DNA of 64,000 nt from Candidatus Sulfomarinibacteraceae bacterium. Lineage in GTDB: Bacteria > Acidobacteriota > Thermoanaerobaculia > Thermoanaerobaculales > Sulfomarinibacteraceae. The translations under genes and the position numbers were made by a program. The stretch lies in the NCBI GenBank assembly GCA_963796455.1, contig CAWCLO010000001.1, positions 1,263,026 through 1,327,025 on the forward strand. Reading direction: 5' to 3'. The notes beneath the pieces were generated by a model that did no database searches, was not told the DNA's origin, and was given only the letters and a program-made list of their open reading frames with translations. This document shows positions 9,637-19,064 of the stretch, piece after piece (positions within the stretch are counted from its first letter, which is position 1; each line of letters opens with the position of its first letter).

Positions 9637-9808
9637 TGCTCCTCAATAATAGAGCAATCGACCTCAACGAGGGCACAGTTCGCGAGCAAGAACGGTGGAG
9701 AGATCCACAGCCACTGGTTTTGAGGCGCAACCTGATTGCCGGGAATCGCATCGCCTGCACCGCCAAATACGTTATTTCTACTGGAGATCCGGTTAGAATG
9801 GGCCCACC

Positions 9809-11299
9809 ATGATCCAACCCGGAAGCAAAATGGTGTTCTATCGCTGTGTGGTGACCATCGCGGCGGCCCTCGTCTGCCTGCCGGGAGCCGTCCTTGCCGA
9901 CCCGACGCCTCAGACCTCAGGCCAGGAACCCGAGGCTCAAGCCCGGATCAAAGAGACATTCACCGGAGACCTGCCACAAATCATCGAACGCAGACTCCTG
10001 CGCGTCCTGATCAGTTACAGCCGCACCAACTATTTTATTGACTTCGGTACTGAACGCGGTTTCGAGTACGAACTCCTCCGCAAGTATGAGGAACACCTCA
10101 ACCAGGGACGAAAACTGAGTCAACGGGTCATCGTTGTTTTCATCCCGGTACCGCTTGAAAAGCTGCTGTCGGACCTCGAGGCCGGCCGCGGCGATATTGC
10201 GGCAGGTGGTCTGACGGTCAGCGAGCATCGACGTCGGAGAGTGGACTTCTCGACTCCCTATATTCCAAGCGTCCATGAGGTCGTGGTCTCGCGTTCCGGG
10301 GGGGCCACCATTGCTGAAGTCGACGATCTCTCCGGACGTGAGGTCTGGGTTCGCAGGGGCAGCACCTACGAAAACTCACTTCGGGCGCTCAACTCCCGAC
10401 TCGAGGCCGCAGGGAAAAAACCGGTCAAAATCGTCGACGCCCCACCCCACCTCGGAACCGAGGATCTCCTCGAATTGCTCAACGCCGGCGTTTTTGATTT
10501 CACCGTTGCCGATCAGCACATCGCCGAGGCGTGGGCGGGCGCGCTCCCGAAAATCCGGGTCCACCCCGATCTCGGGGTTTCGACCGGTGGTTCGATCGCC
10601 TGGGCCATTCGCAAAAAAAGCCCCGCTCTCAAGGCCGATCTCGATGCCTTCGTGAAGTCGATCCGTAAAGGCACACTGACCGGCAATATCTTCTTCAACC
10701 GCTACTTCAAGGCCTCGAAATGGATCTCCAATCCCCTGTCGAAAGCTGATCAGAAGCGACTCGAGCAACTTCGCCATCTGTTTCAAAAGTACGGTGAGAT
10801 CTATGGTTTCGATTGGCTGGCGCTGGCCGCAGTCGGCTATCAGGAAAGCGGGCTCGATCAGAGCCAACGAAGCCGGGCGGGTGCTGTCGGGGTCATGCAA
10901 TTGAAGCCGTCGACGGCGGCCGACAAAAACGTCAATGTCACCCCCATCGACACGATCGAGAACAATATTCACGCCGGCACCAAATACCTGGCTTTCCTTC
11001 GCGACCGTTATTTTTCGGACCCCGAGATCCCCGATGGGGCTCGTTTCGACTTCACCCTCGCCGCCTACAACACGGGTCCCGCGCGGGTGGCGAGCCTGCG
11101 CCGCGAGGCAGCTGAAAAGGGCTACGACCGGAATCTCTGGTTTGGCAACGTCGAAACGGTTGCGGCAGCCCGGGTCGGCAGCGAGACGCTCAAATATGTC
11201 GCCAACATCAACAAATACTATCTGGCATACACTGATTTCTATCGTGAAAACCTGCAGCGAGAGCTCCAGAAGCAATCTTTGAGCTCACCGCCGCGTTAG
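9809..11299 (+). CDS. MltF-like lytic transglycosylase (SBP_bac_3 domain plus SLT domain)
   Basis: GFEYELL and GDIAAGGLT (SBP); YQESG, GAVGVMQL and AAYN (SLT motifs). Confidence 0.85.
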   Translation: MIQPGSKMVFYRCVVTIAAALVCLPGAVLADPTPQTSGQEPEAQARIKETFTGDLPQIIERRLLRVLISYSRTNYFIDFGTERGFEYELLRKYEEHLNQGRKLSQRVIVVFIPVPLEKLLSDLEAGRGDIAAGGLTVSEHRRRRVDFSTPYIPSVHEVVVSRSGGATIAEVDDLSGREVWVRRGSTYENSLRALNSRLEAAGKKPVKIVDAPPHLGTEDLLELLNAGVFDFTVADQHIAEAWAGALPKIRVHPDLGVSTGGSIAWAIRKKSPALKADLDAFVKSIRKGTLTGNIFFNRYFKASKWISNPLSKADQKRLEQLRHLFQKYGEIYGFDWLALAAVGYQESGLDQSQRSRAGAVGVMQLKPSTAADKNVNVTPIDTIENNIHAGTKYLAFLRDRYFSDPEIPDGARFDFTLAAYNTGPARVASLRREAAEKGYDRNLWFGNVETVAAARVGSETLKYVANINKYYLAYTDFYRENLQRELQKQSLSSPPR

Positions 11300-11325
11300 A
11301 CTCAATAGAACCACGGAGGATTCCC

Positions 11326-11676
11326 ATGACCCTTGAAAAAATTGCTTGCGCCGCTCTGATCTGTCTTTTTCTTGGTATCGGGTCGGTCGCAGCGGTCGAA
11401 ATGGCCGCCCTACCGGCTCCAGAACTGATGACCACCGCAACGCAGAGTGAACCGTGTTGCTTCACCAATCCCCGATTCACAGGAATCTGCCAGGTAACGC
11501 CCGGTAGCGACGAAAGCTGTTCGAGCATCCTCGGCTATCTCAACAACCCGAACAGCGTCGGCCGGGCCTATTGCGGCAATACGAAGGTCCGGGGCGGTTG
11601 GGCGCAGACCGACTGCGAAGGTTCGGCTCAGACGGCGACAGAGTATTCCTGCCCGGTTGACCCAATTCAGGAGTGA
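11326..11676 (+). CDS. Small secreted six-Cys domain protein (paralogous to the N-domain of 4056..5183)
   Basis: GGAGG RBS, signal peptide, then CCFTNPRFTGICQV...C..ILGYLNNPNSVGRAYCGNTKVRGGWAQTDC. Confidence 0.75.
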   Translation: MTLEKIACAALICLFLGIGSVAAVEMAALPAPELMTTATQSEPCCFTNPRFTGICQVTPGSDESCSSILGYLNNPNSVGRAYCGNTKVRGGWAQTDCEGSAQTATEYSCPVDPIQE

Positions 11677-11729
11677 AGCCTTTTCGTGCAACGGTTTTCC
11701 GGCACAGCGCTGAAGAACTGGGAGAAATC

Positions 11730-12200
11730 ATGCAACGTCTTTTGGTCCTGACAGCACTGGCTACGGCCATATTTCTCGCGCCCGGCGCAAATGCCCAAAT
11801 GGATGACTCGGAAGCCGTCCGACTGACTCGTTCAGCGATCCAGGCCGAACGGCAGGAAATCCTGGCGGCAAACCTCGAAATGAGCGAGGATCAACGAACC
11901 GTGTTCTGGCCCCTTTATGCAGAATACCGGCAGGAACTCGAGACCGCCGTCGACACCCGCGTGGATATCCTGAATCGGTTTTTTGCCGAATACGAGACGA
12001 TGACCGACGTCGAGGCAACCGAGCTGTTGACCGAGCACCTCGCATGGAAACGACAGGTATTGAAAATCCAGAGCACCTATGCCAAAAAAATGTCGAAGGT
12101 GCTTCCCGGATTGGTCGTGGCCCGTTTTTTCCAGATTGAAAACAAGATGGACATTATCGTCGAGTACGAACTGGCCGGAGAGATCCCTTTGGTTCAATAA
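11730..12200 (+). CDS. Secreted alpha-helical hypothetical protein
   Basis: GGAG RBS, ATG at 11730, signal peptide ending ANA-Q, FWPLY and RFFQIE motifs. Confidence 0.65.
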   Translation: MQRLLVLTALATAIFLAPGANAQMDDSEAVRLTRSAIQAERQEILAANLEMSEDQRTVFWPLYAEYRQELETAVDTRVDILNRFFAEYETMTDVEATELLTEHLAWKRQVLKIQSTYAKKMSKVLPGLVVARFFQIENKMDIIVEYELAGEIPLVQ

Positions 12201-12328
12201 ACCGCAGATCTGCATCATCTCGCAGGCTTTGCCAGCGGCAGAAGCGGGATTCGGCGATCGATATCGGAAACCCCCTGCGCTACAATTCGAAAAATCAGAA
12301 CCGATTTCGGCACCGTGGGAGGTCCGTG

Positions 12329-13396
12329 ATGCGTATTCATCGAGCGATGGTCATTGCTTTTTCCGTGCTCGCTCTGGTTCTGCCATCGGCCGCACAGGTG
12401 GTCCTCGCCCAAACGCCAACTCTGCCGCAGATCTTTCAGTCCGTCGACCCGGCAGTGGTCGAGATCACGACCGCCACCAGCGTGGCCTCCCCAACAGGGC
12501 CGGCCGGTAAGGTTTCAGAGGGAGGCATCGGGTCCGGCGTCCTGATCTCCACCGACGGGCGGATCATGACCGCCTCCCACGTGGTGCAGGCGGCAGACCA
12601 GGTGACGGTGCGCTTTGTCAACGGCGAAACCGTCAGCGCCCGGGTCGTGGCTTCCGAACCGAGCGCCGATCTCGCCCTGATTCAGGCCGAGCGGGTTCCC
12701 GAGGGCATCCCGTCGGCATCGGTCGGAAACTCCGACGATGTCCAGGTCGGCGACCAGATCTTCATCGTCGGCGCGCCCTTCGGCATTGGTCACTCGTTGT
12801 CGGTGGGCCACATCAGCGCGCGCAGAAAAAACCGCCAGATCTTCGCCGGAGTCGAACCGGTAGAGCTGCTGCAGACCGACGCGGCGATCAATCGCGGAAA
12901 CTCGGGCGGCCCGATGTTCAGCATGAACGGGGAGGTTGTCGGCATCGTCAGCCACATTCTCTCGACCGGAGGCGGCTCCGAGGGCGTCGGTTTCGTCATT
13001 ACCTCGAATGTCGCGCTGAGCGTCCTGATCGACGAACCCTCGCCTTGGACCGGTCTCGACGGTCTCTATATCGAAGGACGGATCGCGCAGGCACTGAATG
13101 TTCCGCAGAGCGCCGCCCTTCTGGTCGAAGGCGTCGCGGTGGGCTCGCCGGCCGCGGCGATCGGGCTGCGCCCGGGTGATACGCCGGCGCAGGTCGCCGG
13201 GCAGCGACTGACCCTTGGCGGTGACGTCATTCTCGCCGTCAATGGCGTCGTTGTCGGCACACCGGACTTCGCGAAACGAATCGACCAAAAAATGGCTGCC
13301 CTGGGTGGCAGCGACCAATTGAAGCTTCGAGTGCTTCGCGACGGCAACGTCATTGAGCTCAGCAAATCACTGGAGATTCTCGGGATCAAGCAATAG
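12329..13396 (+). CDS. HtrA/DegP-like trypsin serine protease with PDZ domain
   Basis: GSGVLI, TASHVV (His), ADLALI (Asp), QTDAAINRGNSGGP (Ser), and PDZ motif GSPAAAIGLRPGD. Confidence 0.9.
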   Translation: MRIHRAMVIAFSVLALVLPSAAQVVLAQTPTLPQIFQSVDPAVVEITTATSVASPTGPAGKVSEGGIGSGVLISTDGRIMTASHVVQAADQVTVRFVNGETVSARVVASEPSADLALIQAERVPEGIPSASVGNSDDVQVGDQIFIVGAPFGIGHSLSVGHISARRKNRQIFAGVEPVELLQTDAAINRGNSGGPMFSMNGEVVGIVSHILSTGGGSEGVGFVITSNVALSVLIDEPSPWTGLDGLYIEGRIAQALNVPQSAALLVEGVAVGSPAAAIGLRPGDTPAQVAGQRLTLGGDVILAVNGVVVGTPDFAKRIDQKMAALGGSDQLKLRVLRDGNVIELSKSLEILGIKQ

Positions 13397-13464
13397 GTAC
13401 AATCAAGAAATACCGCAACCGTTTTATCGGTTCTCTGCTGCAGAAGAAGAAACAGGAGGAAAAC

Positions 13465-13947
13465 ATGAAGCGCCTCGCACTCACCGCACTCACCGCCATC
13501 CTCGCCCTCGCCGTCGCCTCGCCCGCAGCGGCTCATTGTCAGATTCCCTGTGGGATCTACGACGACGAACTTCGAGTCCAGCTCATTGAGGAGCACATCA
13601 CCACCGTCGAAAAAAGCATGAAGCAGATCCAGGCTCTGGGGTCCGCCGAATCAGTGGATTACAACCAGTTGATTCGCTGGGTGGACAACAAAGAAAAACA
13701 CGCCCAGGAGATCCAGGACATCGTCACCGCCTACTTCATGGCGCAGCGCATCAAACCATCCACCGATCACGATGACGAAAAGGCGATGAACGAGTACATG
13801 CACAAGCTCGCAATTCTGCATGCCATCCAGATCCACGCCATGAAAGCCAAGCAGAGCACCGATCTGGAACAGATCGAGAAGCTGCGCGAGCTGACCAAGA
13901 TGTTCCGCAAGGCGTACTTTGGGGAAGAAGAAGCTCACGAACACTAG
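13465..13947 (+). CDS. sodN: Nickel superoxide dismutase precursor
   Basis: Ni-hook HCQIPCGIYD directly after a 23-aa signal peptide; KEKHAQEIQ motif; AGGAGG RBS. Confidence 0.92.
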   Translation: MKRLALTALTAILALAVASPAAAHCQIPCGIYDDELRVQLIEEHITTVEKSMKQIQALGSAESVDYNQLIRWVDNKEKHAQEIQDIVTAYFMAQRIKPSTDHDDEKAMNEYMHKLAILHAIQIHAMKAKQSTDLEQIEKLRELTKMFRKAYFGEEEAHEH

Positions 13948-13950
13948 CTC

Positions 13951-13978
13951 GAGTTCGGAATTCGGAGTTCGGAGTTCA
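13951..13978. repeat. Heptamer tandem repeat GAGTTCG x4 (degenerate)
   Basis: GAGTTCG-GAATTCG-GAGTTCG-GAGTTCA immediately after the sodN stop codon. Confidence 0.75.
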
Positions 13979-14180
13979 GCATTGCCGAGAACCCACCCAC
14001 GGCGGCAACTGGGGTGGGATGAAGACTCCCAACTCATAATTCGCAATACGATCAGCGGACAGAATTCACCGTTGATCAGTGGAACCCCTTAAGGATGCCC
14101 ACGAACCGTGCAGTTCACTCCCGCCCTTCCTCGCCGCAGTAAAATGCTTGAAGAGGCGATTCAGCGGAATGGAGACATTG

Positions 14181-14378
14181 ATGGGACGGGCAGATAAATC
14201 AGTCCGAGTCTTCGGTTCATTTGAAGAGGAGAATCGGGCGGAGCGCCGACGACTTGCCGAGATGACACCCGAAGAGAGGTGCACCGAACTCGCTGTACTT
14301 CAAGAACGATTCTGGGGCGAGCTCTGGACATCGGTACCGATGAGAAAAGTGGCGTCCTGGGAGAAAATGAACCGGTGA
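14181..14378 (+). CDS. Small hypothetical protein, partner of the downstream nucleotidyltransferase
   Basis: GGAG RBS, 65 aa, SFEEE...MTPEER motif, 7 bp upstream of the NTase gene. Confidence 0.55.
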   Translation: MGRADKSVRVFGSFEEENRAERRRLAEMTPEERCTELAVLQERFWGELWTSVPMRKVASWEKMNR

Positions 14379-14385
14379 GGAAGCG

Positions 14386-14843
14386 ATGCTGTTCACGACC
14401 GAAATGAAAGAACTGCTGAGGCTGTTCGATAAACATCGCGTCGAGTACGTCCTGGTCGATGGCTATGCGGTCAATTACTACGGTTACGTGCGGACGACCC
14501 AGGATATTGACCTCCTGGTTTTCCCTGAACCCAATAATGCAGAACGCGTCTTGGCCGCTTTGACCGACTTCGGGTTCGGTTCGGCGGGCATCCCAGAGAG
14601 TCTGTTCAAACAGGAAGGGGGGCGGTTCATCTCGGATCGGAGCCGAATCGAATCGACCTCTTGACCTCGCTCAAAGGTGTCAGCAACACCGCCGTATTCG
14701 AGGCAGCTCATCGGGTCGAACTCGAGGGTGTTTCAGTCAGGGTTATCTCACTTCACCACCTCGTGGAGGCCAAACGAGCCTCCGATCGCGCGCGCGACCT
14801 CGCCGACGTCGACGAACTTCTGAAGATCAACGAGGTGCGCTGA
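14386..14843 (+). pseudogene. DUF6036-like nucleotidyltransferase, frameshifted (possibly an assembly error)
   Basis: YVLVDGYAV...RTTQDID and C-terminal KRASDRARDLADV. The frame changes at the G run near 14617-14622 (continuing ...EPNRIDLLTSLKGV). The usual GG motif reads DG. Confidence 0.6.
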
Positions 14844-15038
14844 GGTCACCCGGCGCATTTTCGCCGCAGCAGGGGCTCTCTTTGCATCCCCGCTGCCAAG
14901 GGCACTCCGACTCCTGCGACGGCGAGCAGCGACGGCCGCGGCATGACCTGGCGGCTCCTCCATCCCGCCGATTGAATTCTGTCACGGTTGGCCGTCGTGG
15001 ATCCCGGTCGCCGTTCACCGCCGCCTTCCCAGCAGTAC

Positions 15039-15107
15039 TTGACATCTTTGGTTTTGAGGATATATTGTCTGAAGTGCTACAAAAGTAGCAGTACTGCGAA
15101 CACAGTA
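15039..15107 (+). promoter_or_regulatory. Sigma70 promoter and BlaI-type palindromic operator(s)
   Basis: TTGACA at 15039-15044, TATATT at 15061-15066. Palindrome TGCTAC-AAAA-GTAGCA at 15075-15090 resembles the TACA-N2-TGTA BlaI/MecI core. Second palindrome TACTG-N6-CAGTA at 15092-15107. Confidence 0.75.
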
Positions 15108-15120
15108 GCAGGAGATCAAA

Positions 15121-15513
15121 ATGCCGAACGACCACACGCTCCCCGAACTCTCCCCCGCCGAGCTCGACCTCATGAAGATCCTCTGGGCTTCGGGCCAGTC
15201 GCGCGCCCGCGACGTCCACACCCAACTGAACTCGTCCTATCAGTGGGCCTACTCCACCACCCGGACCATGCTCGAACGCATGGTCAAGAAGGGTTATCTC
15301 GAACGGGAGACCTTCCACGGCGTGATCCTCTATAACCCTCTCATCTCTCGGCCGCGGGGCCTGGCCCACCTCGTCCGCGACTTCAGCAAGCGCGTACTCG
15401 AAGCGGATCCCGCTTCAGTCGTCTCCCTTTTCGCCGACGGTTCGGCGCTTTCGGCCGACGAAGTCGCGGAGATGACGGATCTGCTCGATCAACTCGAGGA
15501 GGATGAGCCGTGA
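15121..15513 (+). CDS. BlaI/MecI/CopY family transcriptional repressor
   Basis: LSPAELDLMKILW and WAYSTTRTMLERMVKKGYL winged-helix signature. Confidence 0.92.
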   Translation: MPNDHTLPELSPAELDLMKILWASGQSRARDVHTQLNSSYQWAYSTTRTMLERMVKKGYLERETFHGVILYNPLISRPRGLAHLVRDFSKRVLEADPASVVSLFADGSALSADEVAEMTDLLDQLEEDEP

Positions 15514-17156
15514 GTCTCGCGGCGGTGAATCTGCTGGCGCCTGATCTGCTTCAGGCGGCCATCGTCCAGGTCCTCTATTCGTCGATTCTCGCAGCAGTGG
15601 TGATGATCGGTCTTCGGCTGCTGCGAGTTCGCGCGCCGTTGATACGAGAGGCGGCATGGTCTCTCGTCCTGCTCAGGCTGATGGTTCCACCAGGCTGGCA
15701 TTCCGGCTTCAGCATCCGCGGTCTTCTCGATTCCTGGCTCGCCGCCGACCCGGCCGCGGGCGGCGTCCGGAGCTTCGCCCAGGCGATCGTCGTGTCCGGC
15801 CAACAACAACCGGCCGCCCTGCCACCCGCTTTCGGCTGGCAAACTCTCGTCGCTCTCGGTTGGATCGGCGTCGTCGCCGCAATCACGGTCCTCCTGTTCC
15901 TCCGCATGAACCACTACAACCGGATCTGCCGGAGGGCCTTCGCTGTCGACGACCCGACGCTGCTCGAAATGCTGGCCGATTGGAAGGCGCGGCTCGGCGT
16001 GCGCCGAACCATCCGCCTGGTTTCGTCGGGCGCCTCGCTGTCACCCTTCACCTCGGGAAGCCTGCGGCCGTCGATCTTCCTGCCTGAGTCCGCGATGGCC
16101 TGGGACCGCCAAACTCTCGACTCGATCATCGGCCACGAGATGGTCCATATCGCACGGTGGGACGAGGTCCGGATTCTCGTAACCAACCTCATCCGCACGA
16201 TCCACTTTTTCAACCCGGTGGCCTGGCTGGCCGCCATCGAGCTCGGGCAGGCCCGTGAGGAACGGTGCGACGAGGTGGTGGTCCGCACCGGTGCGGTCGC
16301 CGCACGCGATTACCGCCGCAGCCTCGTGGACATCCTCAGGTTGAACCAACCCGGGCAACCGACCTTCGATGCCATCGTCGGTCTCATTGACAGAAAGGAA
16401 GGAATCAAAATGCGCGTCGTCTCCATCCAAAGCGAAGCCCTGCCCAGAAAAATCCGACCCCTGCCGGTCCTTCTCGGCACGATCCTCGCAGCCGTGCTAC
16501 TCGTGCCGATGGCGCCGGCCGAGCGACCCCCCACCCCGCGCCAGAGCCCGGGTGGAGATTCGGATTCGACGGATATGCAGCCGAAAGGGCGAGTCTCCGT
16601 CGGGTTTGGGAGGTTCGAACCGAAAGGTTCCAACGTCAGGTTGCCATCGCGATCTGAAGGAGCGGACCCTGAGTACACGGAGCCGGCCCTCGCCGAAGGC
16701 ACGATCGGAACGGCCAAGCTACAGTTGACAATCGGCACCGACGGCGTGCCCCGGGACATCGAGGTGGTACAGGGGCTCCCCAATGGTCTGACCGAGGCCG
16801 CCCTCGAGGCAGTTCGAGCGTGGAGATTTCGGCCCGCGCTCCGATTCGACGAACCCATCGAGATGACGATGCAGACCTTCATCGTGTTCAGCATCTTCGA
16901 CGGCACACCGGAGAACCTGGAACCTGTGCTGGTGACCGAGGTCGAATCGCTTATGCCCTACGGCATCACCCTCACCGGTCTCACCACCGACGGAGATCTG
17001 CTGAACATCAACGGCGTCGCCGAGAACACCGAGTTGGTCGGTGAGTTCCTCGTAACCTTGAACAATTCACCAGGTTTCTCGAGGGAGGACCTTCGGTCCA
17101 TGGGCCGGGTCGACGGTGGTTTCGAGTTTCACATCACCTGCGTCAGAGGAGAGTGA
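15510..17156 (+). CDS. BlaR1-like M56 metallopeptidase fused to TonB C-terminal and PilN-like domains
   Basis: TM segments, SPFTSG, HEMVH, HFFNPVAW and REERCD (M56). PEYTEPA...GLTEAALEAVRAWRFRPA (TonB_C). C-terminal MPYGITLTGL...INGVAEN...FLVTLNNSPGF (PilN-like). Confidence 0.8.
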   Translation: MSLAAVNLLAPDLLQAAIVQVLYSSILAAVVMIGLRLLRVRAPLIREAAWSLVLLRLMVPPGWHSGFSIRGLLDSWLAADPAAGGVRSFAQAIVVSGQQQPAALPPAFGWQTLVALGWIGVVAAITVLLFLRMNHYNRICRRAFAVDDPTLLEMLADWKARLGVRRTIRLVSSGASLSPFTSGSLRPSIFLPESAMAWDRQTLDSIIGHEMVHIARWDEVRILVTNLIRTIHFFNPVAWLAAIELGQAREERCDEVVVRTGAVAARDYRRSLVDILRLNQPGQPTFDAIVGLIDRKEGIKMRVVSIQSEALPRKIRPLPVLLGTILAAVLLVPMAPAERPPTPRQSPGGDSDSTDMQPKGRVSVGFGRFEPKGSNVRLPSRSEGADPEYTEPALAEGTIGTAKLQLTIGTDGVPRDIEVVQGLPNGLTEAALEAVRAWRFRPALRFDEPIEMTMQTFIVFSIFDGTPENLEPVLVTEVESLMPYGITLTGLTTDGDLLNINGVAENTELVGEFLVTLNNSPGFSREDLRSMGRVDGGFEFHITCVRGE

Positions 17157-17169
17157 CAGGGACGTCTAC

Positions 17170-17400
17170 CGCCCCTTCGGGGCTCGGGTCTGGAGAAATG
17201 CCCTTGGCAGCGGGGCTCACGCCCTACGCTACACTTTGTCGCACCTTCGGGGGTCCGAGGTCGGGTTCGTGCAGGCGAGACGCCTGCACCACCACACCGG
17301 TGGCCATGGTGGTGCGGCCGTCCCGGCCGCACATCCTGCGAGCGCAATGGAATCGTTCAGGCGGGACGCACGCGCCACCACGGCGGTGGCCAGTGCTGTA
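17170..17400. repeat. Cluster of REP-like hairpins between convergent genes
   Basis: GTGCAGGCG-AGA-CGCCTGCAC at 17269-17289, GTGCGGCCG-TCC-CGGCCGCAC at 17312-17332, and GCCCC-TTC-GGGGC near 17172. Confidence 0.7.
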
Positions 17401-17484
17401 CGGCCGGCCGGGAGCAGCCCTGCCGCGCGGCAGAGCCGAGCGGCGGCGGGCGACATCCACGAGCACCCAACCGATCGAACACTG

Positions 17485-18373
17485 TCAGCTGCGCGCATCC
17501 ACCGCGGTGCGAATTGCTCGGATGTGGTCGGGCGTGGTGCCACAGCAACCACCGATGATCGCGACTCCGAGATCCATCAGCGCCGCGACCCTTTCTGCCA
17601 TGTAGTCCGGGGACTCCGGGTAGAGGAGTTCGCCGTCGCGGTACTCGGGCAAGCCGGCGTTTGATTGGATGATGATCGGCACGGAGGCGTGGTTCGAGAA
17701 GTCGCGAGCGATATCCATCATGGTGTCGATGCCGTTGCCACAGTTGGAACCAACACTATTTGCCCCGACATCGACGAGGACACCGCAGGCCTGCCCGATC
17801 GTGGATCCCATGGTGGTGAAAAATCCTCGCGGTGTTGCATCGAAAGGTCATGGTCGCGATGAGCGGAATCTCGGCCGAGGCCGACCGAACAGCTTTGATG
17901 GCAAGCTCGGCTTCGCGCAGATCGATCATCGTCTCCACAACTATGAGATCCGCTCCCGCCTCCACCAGGGCTCCAGCCTGCCGTTCAAAGGCCTCAGCGA
18001 CGATTTCCGGCGCCGTATCGCCGTAGGGCTCGAGGATCTTGCCGGTGGGGCCCATCGACCCCGCGACATAGGCCCGGTCAGCGACAACCGGCGCGATCGC
18101 AGCGACCGCCGCGCGGTTGATTTTCTCGGTGCGATCGTCGAGACCGTGGTCCTTCAGGCGAAGGCTCGATCCACCAAAGGTGTTCGTGGTGATGAGATCC
18201 GCGCCGGCGTCCACATACAAGGCAGCGATCTCCGCCAGCACCCCTGGATTCGAAAGATTGATCGCCTCGGGGCTCTCCCCCGCCTGCAGACCACGAGCCA
18301 TGAGTTGGGTTCCCCAGGCGCCATCACCCACCAGGGTTTCTCCCGCTTGAATCCGTTCCAGAAAGCCTTTCAT
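17485..18373 (-). CDS. Homocysteine S-methyltransferase domain protein (MetH N-terminal module); one frameshift near 17845
   Basis: DGAWGT, AGADLITTNTFG, GSMGPTG and ETM, then in the next frame GSNCGNG, QSNAGLP and IIGGCCGTTPDHI. Removing one T restores TFDATPRGFFTTMG. Confidence 0.85.
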
Positions 18374-19011
18374 CAGATGACTCCGGTCAGTTCCTTGATG
18401 ACATTGACCGCGTTGTTGGCGTCGTAGCCATAGGCATCGGCGCCGATCTCGTCGGCAAAGGCACGGGTCACCGGAGCTCCCCCGACCACGACCCGGATAT
18501 CGCCTTCCAGTCCGCGATTTCGAACAAGCTCGACCACCGCCTTCATGTTGACCATCGTTGTGGTCAGCAACGCGGACAACCCGATGACCTTTGCACCCTC
18601 GGCAACCGCACTGTCGACAAAGGTCTCCGGAGAGACATCGCTCCCGAGATCGACGATCTCGAAGCCCGCCCCCTCGAGCATGATGCCGACGAGGTTTTTG
18701 CCGATGTCGTGGAGATCACCCTTGACCGTGCCGACGACTACTTTTCCAAGCGTGGGCACATCCTGAGCGACGAGCAACGGCCTCAAAACCTCCACTCCGC
18801 TCTTCATCGCCCGCGCCGCCAACAGCACCTCGGGTAGAAAGATCTCGTGGGCGCCGAATTTTTTACCAATGACGCCCATCCCGGCGAGCAGACCGTCGTT
18901 GAGTACCCTCGTGGCGCCGAGCCCGTTGTCGACGGCTTGCTGGGTCGCCTCGGCCACCACCTGATGTTCGCCCCTCTGCAGCGCCTCACTGATCTGGTCC
19001 AGGACATCCAT
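18373..19011 (-). CDS. Stand-alone cobalamin-binding (corrinoid) protein with cap and Rossmann domains
   Basis: FLPEVLLAARAMK, GTVKGDLHDIGKNLV (DxHxxG), GLSALLTTT and VGGAP motifs; ATG at 19011. Confidence 0.92.
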   Translation of the reverse strand: MDVLDQISEALQRGEHQVVAEATQQAVDNGLGATRVLNDGLLAGMGVIGKKFGAHEIFLPEVLLAARAMKSGVEVLRPLLVAQDVPTLGKVVVGTVKGDLHDIGKNLVGIMLEGAGFEIVDLGSDVSPETFVDSAVAEGAKVIGLSALLTTTMVNMKAVVELVRNRGLEGDIRVVVGGAPVTRAFADEIGADAYGYDANNAVNVIKELTGVI

Positions 19012-19064
19012 GGCATCCTCCGCCCCGATGATAACCTCGCCCGGTCCCGTACAATGAACCGGAT

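Noticed and set aside
15121..17156. Beta-lactam resistance locus
   Set aside because: No penicillin-binding sensor domain on the M56 protein and no beta-lactamase nearby.
17116..17664. ORFs across the 17.2-17.5 kb spacer
   Set aside because: They are translations of GC-rich palindromic repeats and antisense sequence, with no protein-like features.
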